64,000 nucleotides of DNA from an uncultured Gemmatimonadales bacterium. GTDB taxonomy: Bacteria; Gemmatimonadota; Gemmatimonadetes; Gemmatimonadales; GWC2-71-9. The stretch covers positions 1,408,001 through 1,472,000 of the forward strand of contig CAWHFW010000005.1 in assembly GCA_963828735.1 (NCBI GenBank), read 5' to 3'. A model generated the notes under the pieces. It searched no databases, was not told where the DNA came from, and saw only the letters and a program-made list of their open reading frames with translations. This document shows positions 41,601 to 51,650 of the stretch, piece by piece; the stretch's first letter is position 1; each line of letters opens with the position of its first letter. The position numbers were made by a program, and so were the translations under genes.

Positions 41601-43448
41601 CTAGGCGCTGGACTGGGACCGAGCCAGCGCCGCCGCGCAGTTGATCAGCGCGATGTGGGTGAAGGCCTGCGGAAAGTTGCCGAGGAACGCGCCCGTGGGT
41701 GGGTCGATCTCCTCGGAATAGAGCCCGACGTGATTGGCGTGGCGCAGCATGCGGCGGAACACCCGCTCGGCGCGCTCCCGCTCGCCGATCATCGTCAGGG
41801 CCTGCGCCAGCCAGAAGGTGCAGATCGAGAAGGCGCCTTCTTCCCCTTCCAAACCATCCGAATGACGGTACCGATACACCAGCTCGCCATCGGCGCTGGT
41901 GAGCTCGCGGGCGACCGCGAGCACGGTCGTCTGGACTCGCGGATGGCTCCACGGAAGGAAGCGCACCATCGGGATGGCGAGCGCCGCGGCGTCGAGCGCG
42001 TCGTCGTCGTACGCCTGCGTGAACGATTGGTGCCGCTCGCTCCACCCGCGGACCAGGATCTCCGCGTGGAGCGTATCGCGCTGGACCTTCCATTCGGCGG
42101 CGTTGCCTTCCAGCCCGAGCTCTTCGGCCATGCGGACGCCGCGATCCATCGCCACCCAGCTCATGACCTTGCTGAAGACGTAGTGGCGCACCTCGCCCCG
42201 CACCTCCCAGATGCTGGAATCGGGAAGCTGCCAGTTTCGGCTTACCCAGTCCACCAGGCCGCGCAGGACCCGCCAGGTGCCTTCCGTCATCTCGTGGTTA
42301 CGGCGCCAGATGTCGGCCGTCTCGAGAACCTCGCCGTAGACGTCGAGCTGCAGCTGTCCCGCGGCACCATTTCCGACCCGCACGGGCCGTGATCCGCGGT
42401 AGCCGGACAGGTGATCGAGCTGCCGCTCCACCAGGTCGCGGCGCCCGTCGATCCCGTACATGATCTGCAGGTGGCCCCCGCCCTCGTGGCGGCACACCTT
42501 CTTCAGGAAGCGCATGAACTCGTCGGCCTCGCGTCGGTGGCCCACCGCGTCGAGAGCGGCCAGGGTGAACGCCGCGTCCCGGAGCCACACGAAGCGGTAG
42601 TCCCAGTTCCGAATGCCGCCGATGGTCTCGGGCAGCGAGGTCGTCGGGGCGGCGATGATCGCGCCGGTCTCCGCGTGGGTGAGTAACTTGAGCACGAGCG
42701 CCGAGCGCTTGACCATGCCGCGGAACGGTCCGCTGTACCGGACGCCAGCCGCCCAACGGGCCCAGAAGGCCGCCGTGATGTCAAGCTTGCGCTGGCTTTC
42801 GTAGCGGTCCACCGGGTGGATGTCGTCGTCGTCGTAGCGCAGCACCACCCAGCGCTCCTCGCCCTTCTCGGCGGTGAAGCGAGCGGTCGCGGCGGACTGC
42901 TCGACGAGCCATTCGAACGGCTTGGCGCTCGAGAGCGTGAGGACCTGGTCGGTGCGGTCGGTGGCGAAGAGCCCGTTCCGAAGCAACTCGAGCCGCGTGG
43001 CCCGGGCCCCGTACTCGAAGCGCGGCATGAAGATCATCTGCATCGGCACCCGGCCGCGGGTGCAACGGACCTGCCGGTGGATCTCCGGGTGCGGGCTGGA
43101 CGGACGGCCGTCCTCGTCGACCGGCATGAAGTCGGTCAGGACGACGACCCCGCCCGCGGTGCGGAACGTGGTCTCGAGGATGTTGGTGCGAGGGAGGTAC
43201 CGCTGGGTGGAGGTCCACTCCACCGCGGGCCGGACCGACCAGGTCCCGCCGCGCTCCTGGTCCAGGATGGCGGCGAAGACGCTACCGCTGTCGAACCGTG
43301 GGAGGCAACACCAGTCGATCGCGCCGTCCAAAGCGATCAGCGCCGCGGTCCGCATGTCACCGATCAGCCCGTAGTCACTCAAGGCAGGGGCCGCCGTCGG
43401 CCGGCGATCCGCCGCGTCGGGCGCAGAATCGAACTGGAGGTTCGTCAT
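41601..43448 (-). CDS. Glycoside hydrolase family 15 (trehalase/glucoamylase-like)
   Basis: DYGLIGD, PTTSLPE, RNWDYRFVWLRD, QLDVYGE, IWEVRG, GLYSEE, GNFPQAFTH. Confidence 0.93.
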   Translation of the reverse strand: MTNLQFDSAPDAADRRPTAAPALSDYGLIGDMRTAALIALDGAIDWCCLPRFDSGSVFAAILDQERGGTWSVRPAVEWTSTQRYLPRTNILETTFRTAGGVVVLTDFMPVDEDGRPSSPHPEIHRQVRCTRGRVPMQMIFMPRFEYGARATRLELLRNGLFATDRTDQVLTLSSAKPFEWLVEQSAATARFTAEKGEERWVVLRYDDDDIHPVDRYESQRKLDITAAFWARWAAGVRYSGPFRGMVKRSALVLKLLTHAETGAIIAAPTTSLPETIGGIRNWDYRFVWLRDAAFTLAALDAVGHRREADEFMRFLKKVCRHEGGGHLQIMYGIDGRRDLVERQLDHLSGYRGSRPVRVGNGAAGQLQLDVYGEVLETADIWRRNHEMTEGTWRVLRGLVDWVSRNWQLPDSSIWEVRGEVRHYVFSKVMSWVAMDRGVRMAEELGLEGNAAEWKVQRDTLHAEILVRGWSERHQSFTQAYDDDALDAAALAIPMVRFLPWSHPRVQTTVLAVARELTSADGELVYRYRHSDGLEGEEGAFSICTFWLAQALTMIGERERAERVFRRMLRHANHVGLYSEEIDPPTGAFLGNFPQAFTHIALINCAAALARSQSSA

Positions 43449-43475
43449 CGTCCCAAGTATAACGCCGACCCTGAG

Positions 43476-43505
43476 GGAACTTGCATGGGCTCCGCGACCC
43501 GTCCA
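43476..43505 (+). promoter_or_regulatory. Candidate ECF-type promoter for the amidohydrolase operon
   Basis: GGAACTT-N17-CGTCCA, about 30 bp before ATG 43534. Confidence 0.35.
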
Positions 43506-43533
43506 CCTTCCTAGGTCCTTTCCCACCGACCGC

Positions 43534-44898
43534 ATGCGTCTCGTTCAGCCACACGCGATCGCCCTGCTCCTGCTGGCGATCGCCGGAATCGCGGCCTGCC
43601 GGCACGCGCCGCCCGACGGCGTCGCGCTGATCGGGGCCACCCTCATCGACGGGAGCGGCGGGCCGCCGCTACCCGACGCGGTGATCGTCGTGCGCCGCGG
43701 CCGCATCGAATCCGTCGGGACCCGGGCTGGCTTCGAGCTGCCCGCCAAAACGGTCGAGGTGAACGTCGCCGGGCGATGGATCATCCCCGGCCTGATCGAC
43801 GCGCACGCACATGTGGAGCGATGGGCGCTTCCCAGATACCTCGCCTGGGGCGTCACCACGGTGCGCGATCTCCACGGGCAGCTCGATTCCATCCTGCACC
43901 TGCGCGAACAGGTCAACACCGGCGCCGTCCGGGGGCCGCGCATCTACAGCGCGGGCGCGATGATCGACGGCCTGCCCACGACGTACCCCGACGCCCTCGG
44001 CGCCAACAGCCCGCGCGACGCCCGCAAGGCGGTGGATCGTCTGGTCAACGCGGGCGCCGATCTGATCAAGGTCTACACCCGGGTGGACCAGACGCTTCTC
44101 ACGGCGGTGCTCGACGAGGCACACACGTTCAATCTTCGCGTCGCCGGCCATCTCGGACTGGTGGACGCCGTCACCGCCGCCAAGGACGGCATCGGGAGCA
44201 TCGAGCACCTGAGCGGCGTCCCCGAGGCCGCGCTCGCCGACGCGTCGTCGCTCAAGGCCGCCCATTACCGCGGCTTCTTCGCTGGCTGGACCGCCTTCGA
44301 GCGAAGCTGGGTAGGACTCGATTCGGCCGAACTGGACCGGGTGGCCAAGGCCGTGGCGGAACAGGGCACGATCATGGTGCCGACCCTCGTTCTGCACGAG
44401 ACCTTCAGCCGCCTCGACGATCCGGCGGTGCTGCAGGACACGATGCTCCGCGCCGTGCCCGAGTTGCAACAGCGGCGGTGGAACGTGCCCGACATGGTCC
44501 GGCGGGCGGGATGGACCACGGAGGACTATCCGTCCTTCCAGGCCGCGCGCCCGCGGCAGGACCAGTTCCTCCGCCTCTTCGCCGCCGCGGGCGGCCGGAT
44601 CGCGACCGGCACCGACGCGTCGAATCAGCTGCTCATCCCGGGATACAGCGAGCACCGGGAGCTGGAGCTACTGGTCGGGGCGGGCCTGTCGCCCCGCGAC
44701 GCCCTCCTCGCCGGCACACGGAACGGAGCGCTGGTGCTGGGCGTCGATTCGCTCGGGCTCATCGCTCCCGGCAAGGCGGCTGACCTCGTGGTCCTGCGAC
44801 AGGACCCGCTGGCCGACATCCGGAATACCCTCGCCATCGACCGCGTCATGCTGCGCGGCTCCCTGTTCTCCGCCGACTCCATTCGAAAGGGCTGGTAG
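43534..44898 (+). CDS. Amidohydrolase family lipoprotein
   Basis: Lipobox IAAC; IPGLIDAHAH, IKVY, AGH, IEH, GTD, GKAADLVVL. Confidence 0.88.
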   Translation: MRLVQPHAIALLLLAIAGIAACRHAPPDGVALIGATLIDGSGGPPLPDAVIVVRRGRIESVGTRAGFELPAKTVEVNVAGRWIIPGLIDAHAHVERWALPRYLAWGVTTVRDLHGQLDSILHLREQVNTGAVRGPRIYSAGAMIDGLPTTYPDALGANSPRDARKAVDRLVNAGADLIKVYTRVDQTLLTAVLDEAHTFNLRVAGHLGLVDAVTAAKDGIGSIEHLSGVPEAALADASSLKAAHYRGFFAGWTAFERSWVGLDSAELDRVAKAVAEQGTIMVPTLVLHETFSRLDDPAVLQDTMLRAVPELQQRRWNVPDMVRRAGWTTEDYPSFQAARPRQDQFLRLFAAAGGRIATGTDASNQLLIPGYSEHRELELLVGAGLSPRDALLAGTRNGALVLGVDSLGLIAPGKAADLVVLRQDPLADIRNTLAIDRVMLRGSLFSADSIRKGW

Positions 44899-44902
44899 GC
44901 GG

Positions 44903-45220
44903 ATGGCGCTCGGCCGCGTTCTCCTGGCCTGCGCCGCGGTCGCGGCGTGGCTGGTCGGATGGCAGTCGGCGGAACGCCGACGCGCCGGTGGGCCCGTCCT
45001 ACCGCCGGCCCGGGAGCTCGGTGAGCTCGCCGGCGAGGCATTGCTGGTGACCCTGTTCGGCGCCCTCTGGTTCGGCAGTCTCGGCGCGGGCGCGTGGTGG
45101 CTCGTGTTCCTCCTGGTCGGCGCGCTTCGGGAGTGGCCGATCCGGTCCCCGCGCGAGGTCGCGCGCATCTTTCGGCTGGTCGGGGCTGGCGGCCTCCTCG
45201 CGTGGGTCGTCCCCTCGTGA
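44903..45220 (+). CDS. Small membrane protein
   Basis: Several hydrophobic segments; fills the gap between its neighbours with a GTGA overlap. Confidence 0.6.
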   Translation: MALGRVLLACAAVAAWLVGWQSAERRRAGGPVLPPARELGELAGEALLVTLFGALWFGSLGAGAWWLVFLLVGALREWPIRSPREVARIFRLVGAGGLLAWVVPS

Positions 45221-46101
45221 GCCCCACGGTGCTCGAGCGCCTGTCGCTCTACTTCAGCGCGCTCCACACCCGCCAAGCGCTGGTCGCCCGGGCCGCGATG
45301 GGCGTGAGAGATGTCGAGGACGCTGGGCTGGCGGCCCGACTGACCAGCGAGCTCGCGGCGGAGATTCGGAGCGACGGCAGCGTCGGCGGCGCAGCGGTGC
45401 CCACGATCTGGCGGGTGCACGAGCTGATGGACCTGGGGCGATCCGTCGACGACCCCGCCGTGGCGCGCGCCGTCCGCTGGATCCTCGATCGGCAGGGGGT
45501 ACCGGGCGCGTACGGCGAGGGATGCGACAAGACCCGCCATGCGCAGCGCGTCTGCCAGCACTACATCGCCGGTTTCTTCTCCCCGGCGGCGGCGACGGAG
45601 CGGCTGGCGCCGATCACGCTGCCCAACGGCAAGGCCTTCCGCGCCGAGCCGGCGGCACGGTTCGCGATCAGCTGCCTCGCGCTTCGCGCGGTACTTCGAG
45701 CGGGAGTCCAGGACCGATCCTCGGTCGTCCGCCATCTCGACAGCCTTCGCCTCCTGGCCGAGGGGTGGACCGAGTGGAATGGCTTCTTCGCCCCCGACGC
45801 GATCGTCGCCGGAATCCACGCACTCGCGCTCGGCGGGCCGGCGTACCGCGCGACCGTCGAGCGGTTGGTCGAGGTGGTGGCGTCGCAGCAGCGGCTCGAC
45901 GGACAGTGGGCCAGCGCCGACCTGTTCCAGACCATCGAGGCCCTGGTGGCGAGCGACCTCCCGTCCGCCAAGGCCACGGTCCGCCGCGCGGTGCGGGTCC
46001 TCGAGGAACGCCAGCGGCCGGATGGCAGTTTCGGCACGACTGCCCAGCAGGAGCGCGCACTGATCGGCGTCCGGGCACTGCTCTGGGTGGGAATGACCTG
46101 A
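45217..46101 (+). CDS. Hypothetical alpha/alpha-barrel protein (prenyltransferase/squalene-cyclase QW-like repeats)
   Basis: AVRWILDRQ..PG.Y, SQQRLDGQW, ERQRPDGSF repeats. Confidence 0.65.
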   Translation: MSPTVLERLSLYFSALHTRQALVARAAMGVRDVEDAGLAARLTSELAAEIRSDGSVGGAAVPTIWRVHELMDLGRSVDDPAVARAVRWILDRQGVPGAYGEGCDKTRHAQRVCQHYIAGFFSPAAATERLAPITLPNGKAFRAEPAARFAISCLALRAVLRAGVQDRSSVVRHLDSLRLLAEGWTEWNGFFAPDAIVAGIHALALGGPAYRATVERLVEVVASQQRLDGQWASADLFQTIEALVASDLPSAKATVRRAVRVLEERQRPDGSFGTTAQQERALIGVRALLWVGMT

Positions 46102-46227
46102 TCCTCGACGCAGCTCGGCCGGTATGTTCGACCGGAGGGCAGGTGTAACTTCCGGACGGATACGACGCCCCGGGCATGAGCCCGCCGCGATCCCTCGATT
46201 CCCTGGCGACTCTCTGACGGCGCGATC

Positions 46228-47304
46228 ATGACGGATACCCCCACCGCCTCCAAGCCCCGGCTCCGGCTCACGTCCCTCTCGCATGGAGCGGGCTGCGCCT
46301 GCAAGCTGGGCTCGGTGGACCTCGGCCAGGTGCTGCGGCACCTGCCGACCGTCGTGGATCCGCGCGTTCTGGTGGACGCCGCGACGCGGGACGATGCCGC
46401 CGTGTTCCGCCTGAGCGACGACCGCGCGCTCGTCGCGACGACCGACTTCTTCACGCCTATCGTGGACGACCCACGGGCCTGGGGTGCGATCGCGGCGGCG
46501 AATGCCCTGAGCGACATCTACGCGATGGGCGGGACCCCGCTCTTCGCGCTCAACCTGGTCGGGTGGCCCCGAGACAAGGTCCCCTTCGACGTACTGGGCG
46601 AGGTGCTGGCGGGCGCGGTCGAGATCACGGAGCGCGCGCGCTGCCCGATGCTCGGCGGACACTCGATCGACGTGCTGGAGCCGATCTTCGGCCTCGTGGC
46701 AATCGGCGAGGTGCACCCCGATCGGGCGCTCACCAATGCCGGCGCCTGCGCCGGCGATTTGCTCGTGCTCACGAAGCCGCTGGGCACCGGCATCCTGTCG
46801 ACGGCGCTCAAGCGCGATGCGTTGCTCGAGGCGGGGATGGCGGAGGCGGTCCGCTCGATGACCACGCTCAACGAGGGCGCCGCGCGCGCGGCCCTCGCCG
46901 TAGGCGTCAGCGCCGCCACCGACGTCACCGGGTTCGGCCTCCTCGGCCATCTGGGGAACATGCTGCTGGCGAGCAAGGTGGGCGCTGAGATCGCGTTTGA
47001 AGCGCTGCCGATCCTGCCGCATGCGCTGAGCCTCGCGGGCCGCGGGATCGTTCCGGGCGGATCGCAGCGGAACCTGGCGGCCGCCGACCAGGTGGAATGG
47101 GCCGAGGATCTCACGCCGACCGAGCGGATCATCTGCGTGGACGCCCAGACCTCGGGCGGGCTGCTGCTGGCCGTGCCGCCAGAGAACGAGGCGGCGCTCC
47201 TGGCAGCGTTACGCCAGGCGGAGACCCCGGCCACGGCCGTGATCGGCCGGCTCACCGAGGGTCCGGCCGGCCGGGTGCGGGTGACCCGGAAGCTCGAGCG
47301 ATAA
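46228..47304 (+). CDS. selD: Selenide, water dikinase (Cys-type)
   Basis: SHGAGCACKL, DDAAV, TTDFFTPIVDD, NALSDIYAMGG, GGHS, TDVTGFGLLGH, DAQTSGGLL. Confidence 0.96.
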   Translation: MTDTPTASKPRLRLTSLSHGAGCACKLGSVDLGQVLRHLPTVVDPRVLVDAATRDDAAVFRLSDDRALVATTDFFTPIVDDPRAWGAIAAANALSDIYAMGGTPLFALNLVGWPRDKVPFDVLGEVLAGAVEITERARCPMLGGHSIDVLEPIFGLVAIGEVHPDRALTNAGACAGDLLVLTKPLGTGILSTALKRDALLEAGMAEAVRSMTTLNEGAARAALAVGVSAATDVTGFGLLGHLGNMLLASKVGAEIAFEALPILPHALSLAGRGIVPGGSQRNLAAADQVEWAEDLTPTERIICVDAQTSGGLLLAVPPENEAALLAALRQAETPATAVIGRLTEGPAGRVRVTRKLER

Positions 47305-47330
47305 CCGGCCGCGCCCGACCGGCCTCACCG

Positions 47331-47555
47331 ATGTCTCCCGTCCGCTGGACTGCCGATCGCATGGATCAGCTCGAGAGCGCGGCGCGCCGCGGCCAGCGGG
47401 TCGCGCTCTCGCGCCGCGGCACGGAGTACATCGTCGTCGCCCTCCGGGTGACGACCGAGGACCGCCATGAGGTGCTGGTCGGCTACCTGCCCATGACCGG
47501 CGACGAGCTGACCTTCCGGCTGGATCAGATCGACAGCTTCCAGGTCGTCGGGTGA
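47331..47555 (+). CDS. 74-aa WYL-like small protein
   Basis: LESAARRGQRVAL...VLVGY...TFRLDQIDSFQV. Stop overlaps the rnhA GTG start. Confidence 0.6.
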   Translation: MSPVRWTADRMDQLESAARRGQRVALSRRGTEYIVVALRVTTEDRHEVLVGYLPMTGDELTFRLDQIDSFQVVG

Positions 47556-48175
47556 GCGGTATCGCGGTCCTGCACCTCGACGAGAGCTGCCTCGGCAATG
47601 GCCGCGAAGGCGAGAACCCAGGGGGCGGGGGCGGACTCATCGAGGCCCGGAGCGGCAGCCGGCGGATCCAGCGAAGGGACTTCTATATCAGTGCGCCGGC
47701 CACGACCAACAACCGGATGGCCCTCGCCGGCGCGACCGCGGCATTGGACCTTCTGGCCAAGAAAGGTGCGCGGCTCAAGGTCCTCATGGTTTCCGATTCG
47801 CAATACCTGGTGAAGGGCATGCGCGAATGGGTCCCTGGGTGGGTCGTGCGGGGATGGAGGCGGAAGGAAGGCCCGATCGAAAACCTCGAGCTCTGGAAGG
47901 CCCTGCTCGCGAGCTCGCGACGGCACGACGTGCAGTGGACCTGGGTGCGCGGGCACAAGGGTCACGCGAAGAACGAGTACGCCAACGACCTCGCGGTGAA
48001 GGCCGCCCGGGAGCAGATCGCGTCGGACGGAATCGTGGAATCGGGATTCGGGGAGTGGCTGGCGGGAAACCAGACGAAGGGACTGTACCTCGAGTACGAT
48101 CCGGATGAGGCGTTCGCGGCCCTCGAGCGGCGGCTGGCCGCGGACGAGGCATTCGCCTTGGCGGAGGGGCGCTAG
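47552..48175 (+). CDS. rnhA: Ribonuclease HI family protein with an atypical active site
   Basis: DESCLGN, TTNNRM, SDSQY, GW, N.ELW, WVRGHKGH..NE. Confidence 0.9.
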   Translation: MSGIAVLHLDESCLGNGREGENPGGGGGLIEARSGSRRIQRRDFYISAPATTNNRMALAGATAALDLLAKKGARLKVLMVSDSQYLVKGMREWVPGWVVRGWRRKEGPIENLELWKALLASSRRHDVQWTWVRGHKGHAKNEYANDLAVKAAREQIASDGIVESGFGEWLAGNQTKGLYLEYDPDEAFAALERRLAADEAFALAEGR

Positions 48176-48343
48176 ACGCGATCGAGTCGCGATCAGGCGC
48201 TCGAGCGGCGGAAGGCCCCGGACTGACGCGCAGGCTCGATCCATCCGTACCCTCAGCGGACTCGTCGCCGCGGCATCGGCTTCCTTGACACTGTTCTCGG
48301 CGACCTCTAACCTGCGACACCGACCGTCTCCCGCGAGGCCCGA

Positions 48344-49012
48344 GTGACCGATCTGGAGCGCTTCTTTCGGCAGCTCGTCGCGAATCTCGCCGCGAGCGAT
48401 CCGGCACGCCTCCACCATCCGATCCCGCTCGAGGACATCCAGGAGTCGATCGTCCCCTACCGGTCGAACCGACGCGCCCTCCATCTGGACAGCAGCGAGG
48501 ACTACGAGATGGTCCTGCTGCGCCTGTGCGCGGGAGAGGGGAATCTGGTGCGTACCGAGCCGGAGCAGGCCCGTGTGCGCTTTGCCGAAGAGCTTGGGAG
48601 CCCCAATCCCGATCTGGACGTGCTCCACAAGATCGAGCACGTCGTGGTGTCCCTGCGCTCGGAGCCCCTGGCGCGCGCGCTCGAACCCGAGCCGGACGAG
48701 CACCTGCCGTATGCACCGCCGTCGTTCTCGGCGCCGCCCGTCCTGCCCGCGCCGGCACTCGACCTTCCCGAGCTCGACACGATGGAGCCGCTCGACGACC
48801 TGGTCGGCGAGGACGTTGCGGACGAACACCAGGTGGCAGGGGCGCCGCATTGCCTGTATTGCGGAGACACGCTGCCCGCCGACCGGGCGGTGCGCTTCTG
48901 CCCGCATTGCGGCCAGCGTCAGGCGCCTCCGGAGTGCCCCCACTGTCACAACGAGGTCGAGCCTGGCTGGCGACACTGCGTGAGCTGCGGGGCGGCGCTC
49001 GGGGAACGGTGA
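48344..49012 (+). CDS. Double zinc ribbon domain protein
   Basis: C-terminal CLYC, CPHC, CPHC, CVSC; acidic/Pro linker. Confidence 0.8.
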   Translation: MTDLERFFRQLVANLAASDPARLHHPIPLEDIQESIVPYRSNRRALHLDSSEDYEMVLLRLCAGEGNLVRTEPEQARVRFAEELGSPNPDLDVLHKIEHVVVSLRSEPLARALEPEPDEHLPYAPPSFSAPPVLPAPALDLPELDTMEPLDDLVGEDVADEHQVAGAPHCLYCGDTLPADRAVRFCPHCGQRQAPPECPHCHNEVEPGWRHCVSCGAALGER

Positions 49013-49047
49013 GTCGGGCCGGCGCCGATATTCTGTTTCGGTGAGGT

Positions 49048-50310
49048 ATGCCAATGGCGTGGACCTCCACCCTTCGCCCGCAGGACGTCGTCGCCGTCAT
49101 CATGGGCGGCGGCGCCGGCACCCGCCTCTTCCCGCTGACCAAGGATCGCGCCAAGCCGGCCGTGCCGCTCGCCGGCAAGTACCGCCTGGTCGACATCCCC
49201 ATCAGCAACTGCCTCAACTCCGACCTCCGCCGGATCTTCCTCCTCACCCAGTTCAACAGCGGGTCGCTGCACCGCCACATTCAGGAGAGTTACCGGTTCG
49301 ACAACTTCTCGCCCGGATTCGTCGAGATCCTCGCCGCGGAACAGCGGATCGACCGCACCGACTGGTATCAGGGCACCGCCGACGCCGTGCGTCAGAACCT
49401 GCTCCACGTCAACTCCTATCCGCACCGCCTGGTCCTGATCCTCTCGGGTGACCAGCTCTACCGCATGGACTACCACACCATCCTGGAGCAGCACGTGGCG
49501 AGCGGCGCCGAGGTGACGGTGGCGACCACCCCGGTGGGGGCGCAGGTGGCGGGTGGCTTCGGCATCATGGAGGTGGCGGAGAGCGGACGGATCACCCGCT
49601 TCGTGGAGAAGCCGACGGACCCGGCCGTGCAGGCCGGCCTGCGCGGCTATCCGGATCGGCTGCCGGCGTCGATGGGGATCTACGTGTTTGACCGCGACGT
49701 GCTCGACGACGCGCTGGCCGCACCCGAGGTGGACTTCGGCAAGCACATCATTCCCACGCTCATCGAGACCCGACGGGTCCACGCCTTCCAGCACGAGGGG
49801 TACTGGGAGGACATCGGAACCATTCAGGCGTTCTTCGAGGCGAATCTCGATCTCTGCGAGCCGTTGCCCCAGTTCAACTTCTACGACGCGAACTCGCCGA
49901 TCTACACCCACGCGCGCTACCTCCCGGCCACGAAGATCATCAAGAGCCAGATCGAGCGATCGATCATCGCGGATGGCTGCATCATCAATGACGCCCACAT
50001 CGAGCGCTCGGTCGTCGGTGTGCGCAGCCGGATTCAGTCCGGCGCGACCATCCGCAGCGCGCTTGTGATGGGCGCCGACTACTACGACAGCCCTGACCGG
50101 CTGCCCGTGCCCGGCGCCCCGATCATGGGGATCGGGCATGGGGCATGGATCGAGCGGACCATCGTGGACAAGAACGCCCGGATCGGAGATGACGTTCGCA
50201 TCTCGCCCGACGGCAAGCCGACGCTCTTCGACGGGCCGAACTACTACATCCGGGATGGCATCGTGATCATCCCGAAGAACGCGGTCATCATGAGCGGAAC
50301 CGTGATCTGA
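49048..50310 (+). CDS. glgC: Glucose-1-phosphate adenylyltransferase
   Basis: GGGAGTRLFPLT.DRAKPAVP, WYQGTADAV, LSGDQLYRMDY, FVEKP, ASMGIYVF, YWEDIGT. Confidence 0.96.
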   Translation: MPMAWTSTLRPQDVVAVIMGGGAGTRLFPLTKDRAKPAVPLAGKYRLVDIPISNCLNSDLRRIFLLTQFNSGSLHRHIQESYRFDNFSPGFVEILAAEQRIDRTDWYQGTADAVRQNLLHVNSYPHRLVLILSGDQLYRMDYHTILEQHVASGAEVTVATTPVGAQVAGGFGIMEVAESGRITRFVEKPTDPAVQAGLRGYPDRLPASMGIYVFDRDVLDDALAAPEVDFGKHIIPTLIETRRVHAFQHEGYWEDIGTIQAFFEANLDLCEPLPQFNFYDANSPIYTHARYLPATKIIKSQIERSIIADGCIINDAHIERSVVGVRSRIQSGATIRSALVMGADYYDSPDRLPVPGAPIMGIGHGAWIERTIVDKNARIGDDVRISPDGKPTLFDGPNYYIRDGIVIIPKNAVIMSGTVI

Positions 50311-50428
50311 GGCCCGGCGGTCCCGGGGCGTGCGGCCACTCGCGCGTTTTGCTTGAAGTGGCCCCCGGGCGCGGGCATATTCCCGGGAGAATGTCGCGCG
50401 TCCGTTCCACCTCTTGGAGTGCCTCCGG

Positions 50429-51640
50429 ATGAGTCGGCCCGCCTGGAGCCCGGGCGTCGTCCTTCTCTCCGGCGTCCGCACCGGCTTTGGCGCCTTCGGG
50501 GGCGCCCTCAAGGACCTCTCCGCCATCGACCTCGGTGTCGTCGCCGGGCGGGCCGCCCTGGATCGGGCCGGCGTCGAGCCCGGCGCCGTCGGTCACGTCA
50601 TTTTCGGCAACGTCCTCCAGACCTCCGCCGACGCCCCCTATCTCGCCCGTCACATCGGCCTCAAGGCCGGGCTTCCCATCGAGACCCCTGCCGTCACGGT
50701 CAACAGACTCTGCGGTTCCGGGTTCGAGGCCATCATCCAGGGCGCTCACCGTATCCTGCTCGGTGAAACCGACGTCGTGCTCGCCGGCGGCACGGAATCC
50801 ATGAGCCAGGCGCCGCACGTCGTGCGGAGCGCGCGTTGGGGACTGCGGCTCGGGCCGCCGGCACCGCTCGAGGACTCGCTGTGGGAGGCCCTCCGCGACA
50901 CGCACTGCGGGCTCTCGATGGCCGAAACCGCGGAACGCCTCGCCGAGCGGTACCACATAGGGCGTGAAGCCGTGGACTGCTTCGCCGCGCGGAGCCAGGC
51001 TCGCGCGAAGGCCGCGTGGGACGGCGGCGCGTTCGCCGACGAGGTGGTGCCAGTCACGCTGACGGACCGGAAAACGAAGCAGCCGGTCGCTTGGGCGGCG
51101 GACGAGCACATGCGTCCGGACACGACGCCCGAAGGTCTCGCCAAGCTCCCGCCCTACTTCCGGAAGGATGGCGTGGTGACGGCCGGCAACGCATCCGGCA
51201 TCGGCGATGGCGCGGCCGCGCTGGTAGTCGCGAGCGAGACCTTCGCCCGGGAGCGGGGCCTCGAGCCACTCGGCCGCCTCGTGGGATGGGGCGTTGCCGG
51301 CGTGGACCCCACGATCATGGGCATGGGGCCGGTCCCGGCGGCGCGCCGGGCGCTGGCGGATGCCGCGCTCGCGCTCGAGGACATGGACCTGATCGAGGTC
51401 AACGAGGCGTTCGCCGCCCAGTATCTGGCGGTCGAGCACGAGCTCGGGCTCGACCGGGAGCGCACCAACGTGGACGGCGGCGCCGTGGCCTTGGGCCATC
51501 CCCTGGGCGCCAGCGGCGCTCGGATCACCGCGCATCTGCTCCATGCGCTCCGCCGCCGCGGCGGACGGTACGGCCTTGGCGCCGCCTGCATCGGTGGCGG
51601 ACAGGGCGCCGCGGTTGTCGTCGAAGCCTTTCCCGCCTGA
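50429..51640 (+). CDS. Acetyl-CoA C-acyltransferase (thiolase)
   Basis: [26 protein letters not shown]. Confidence 0.93.
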   Translation: MSRPAWSPGVVLLSGVRTGFGAFGGALKDLSAIDLGVVAGRAALDRAGVEPGAVGHVIFGNVLQTSADAPYLARHIGLKAGLPIETPAVTVNRLCGSGFEAIIQGAHRILLGETDVVLAGGTESMSQAPHVVRSARWGLRLGPPAPLEDSLWEALRDTHCGLSMAETAERLAERYHIGREAVDCFAARSQARAKAAWDGGAFADEVVPVTLTDRKTKQPVAWAADEHMRPDTTPEGLAKLPPYFRKDGVVTAGNASGIGDGAAALVVASETFARERGLEPLGRLVGWGVAGVDPTIMGMGPVPAARRALADAALALEDMDLIEVNEAFAAQYLAVEHELGLDRERTNVDGGAVALGHPLGASGARITAHLLHALRRRGGRYGLGAACIGGGQGAAVVVEAFPA

Positions 51641-51650
51641 GGACCGCTCC

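Noticed and set aside
46228..46320. Selenocysteine-containing SelD
   Set aside because: The active-site codon is TGC (Cys); there is no in-frame TGA.
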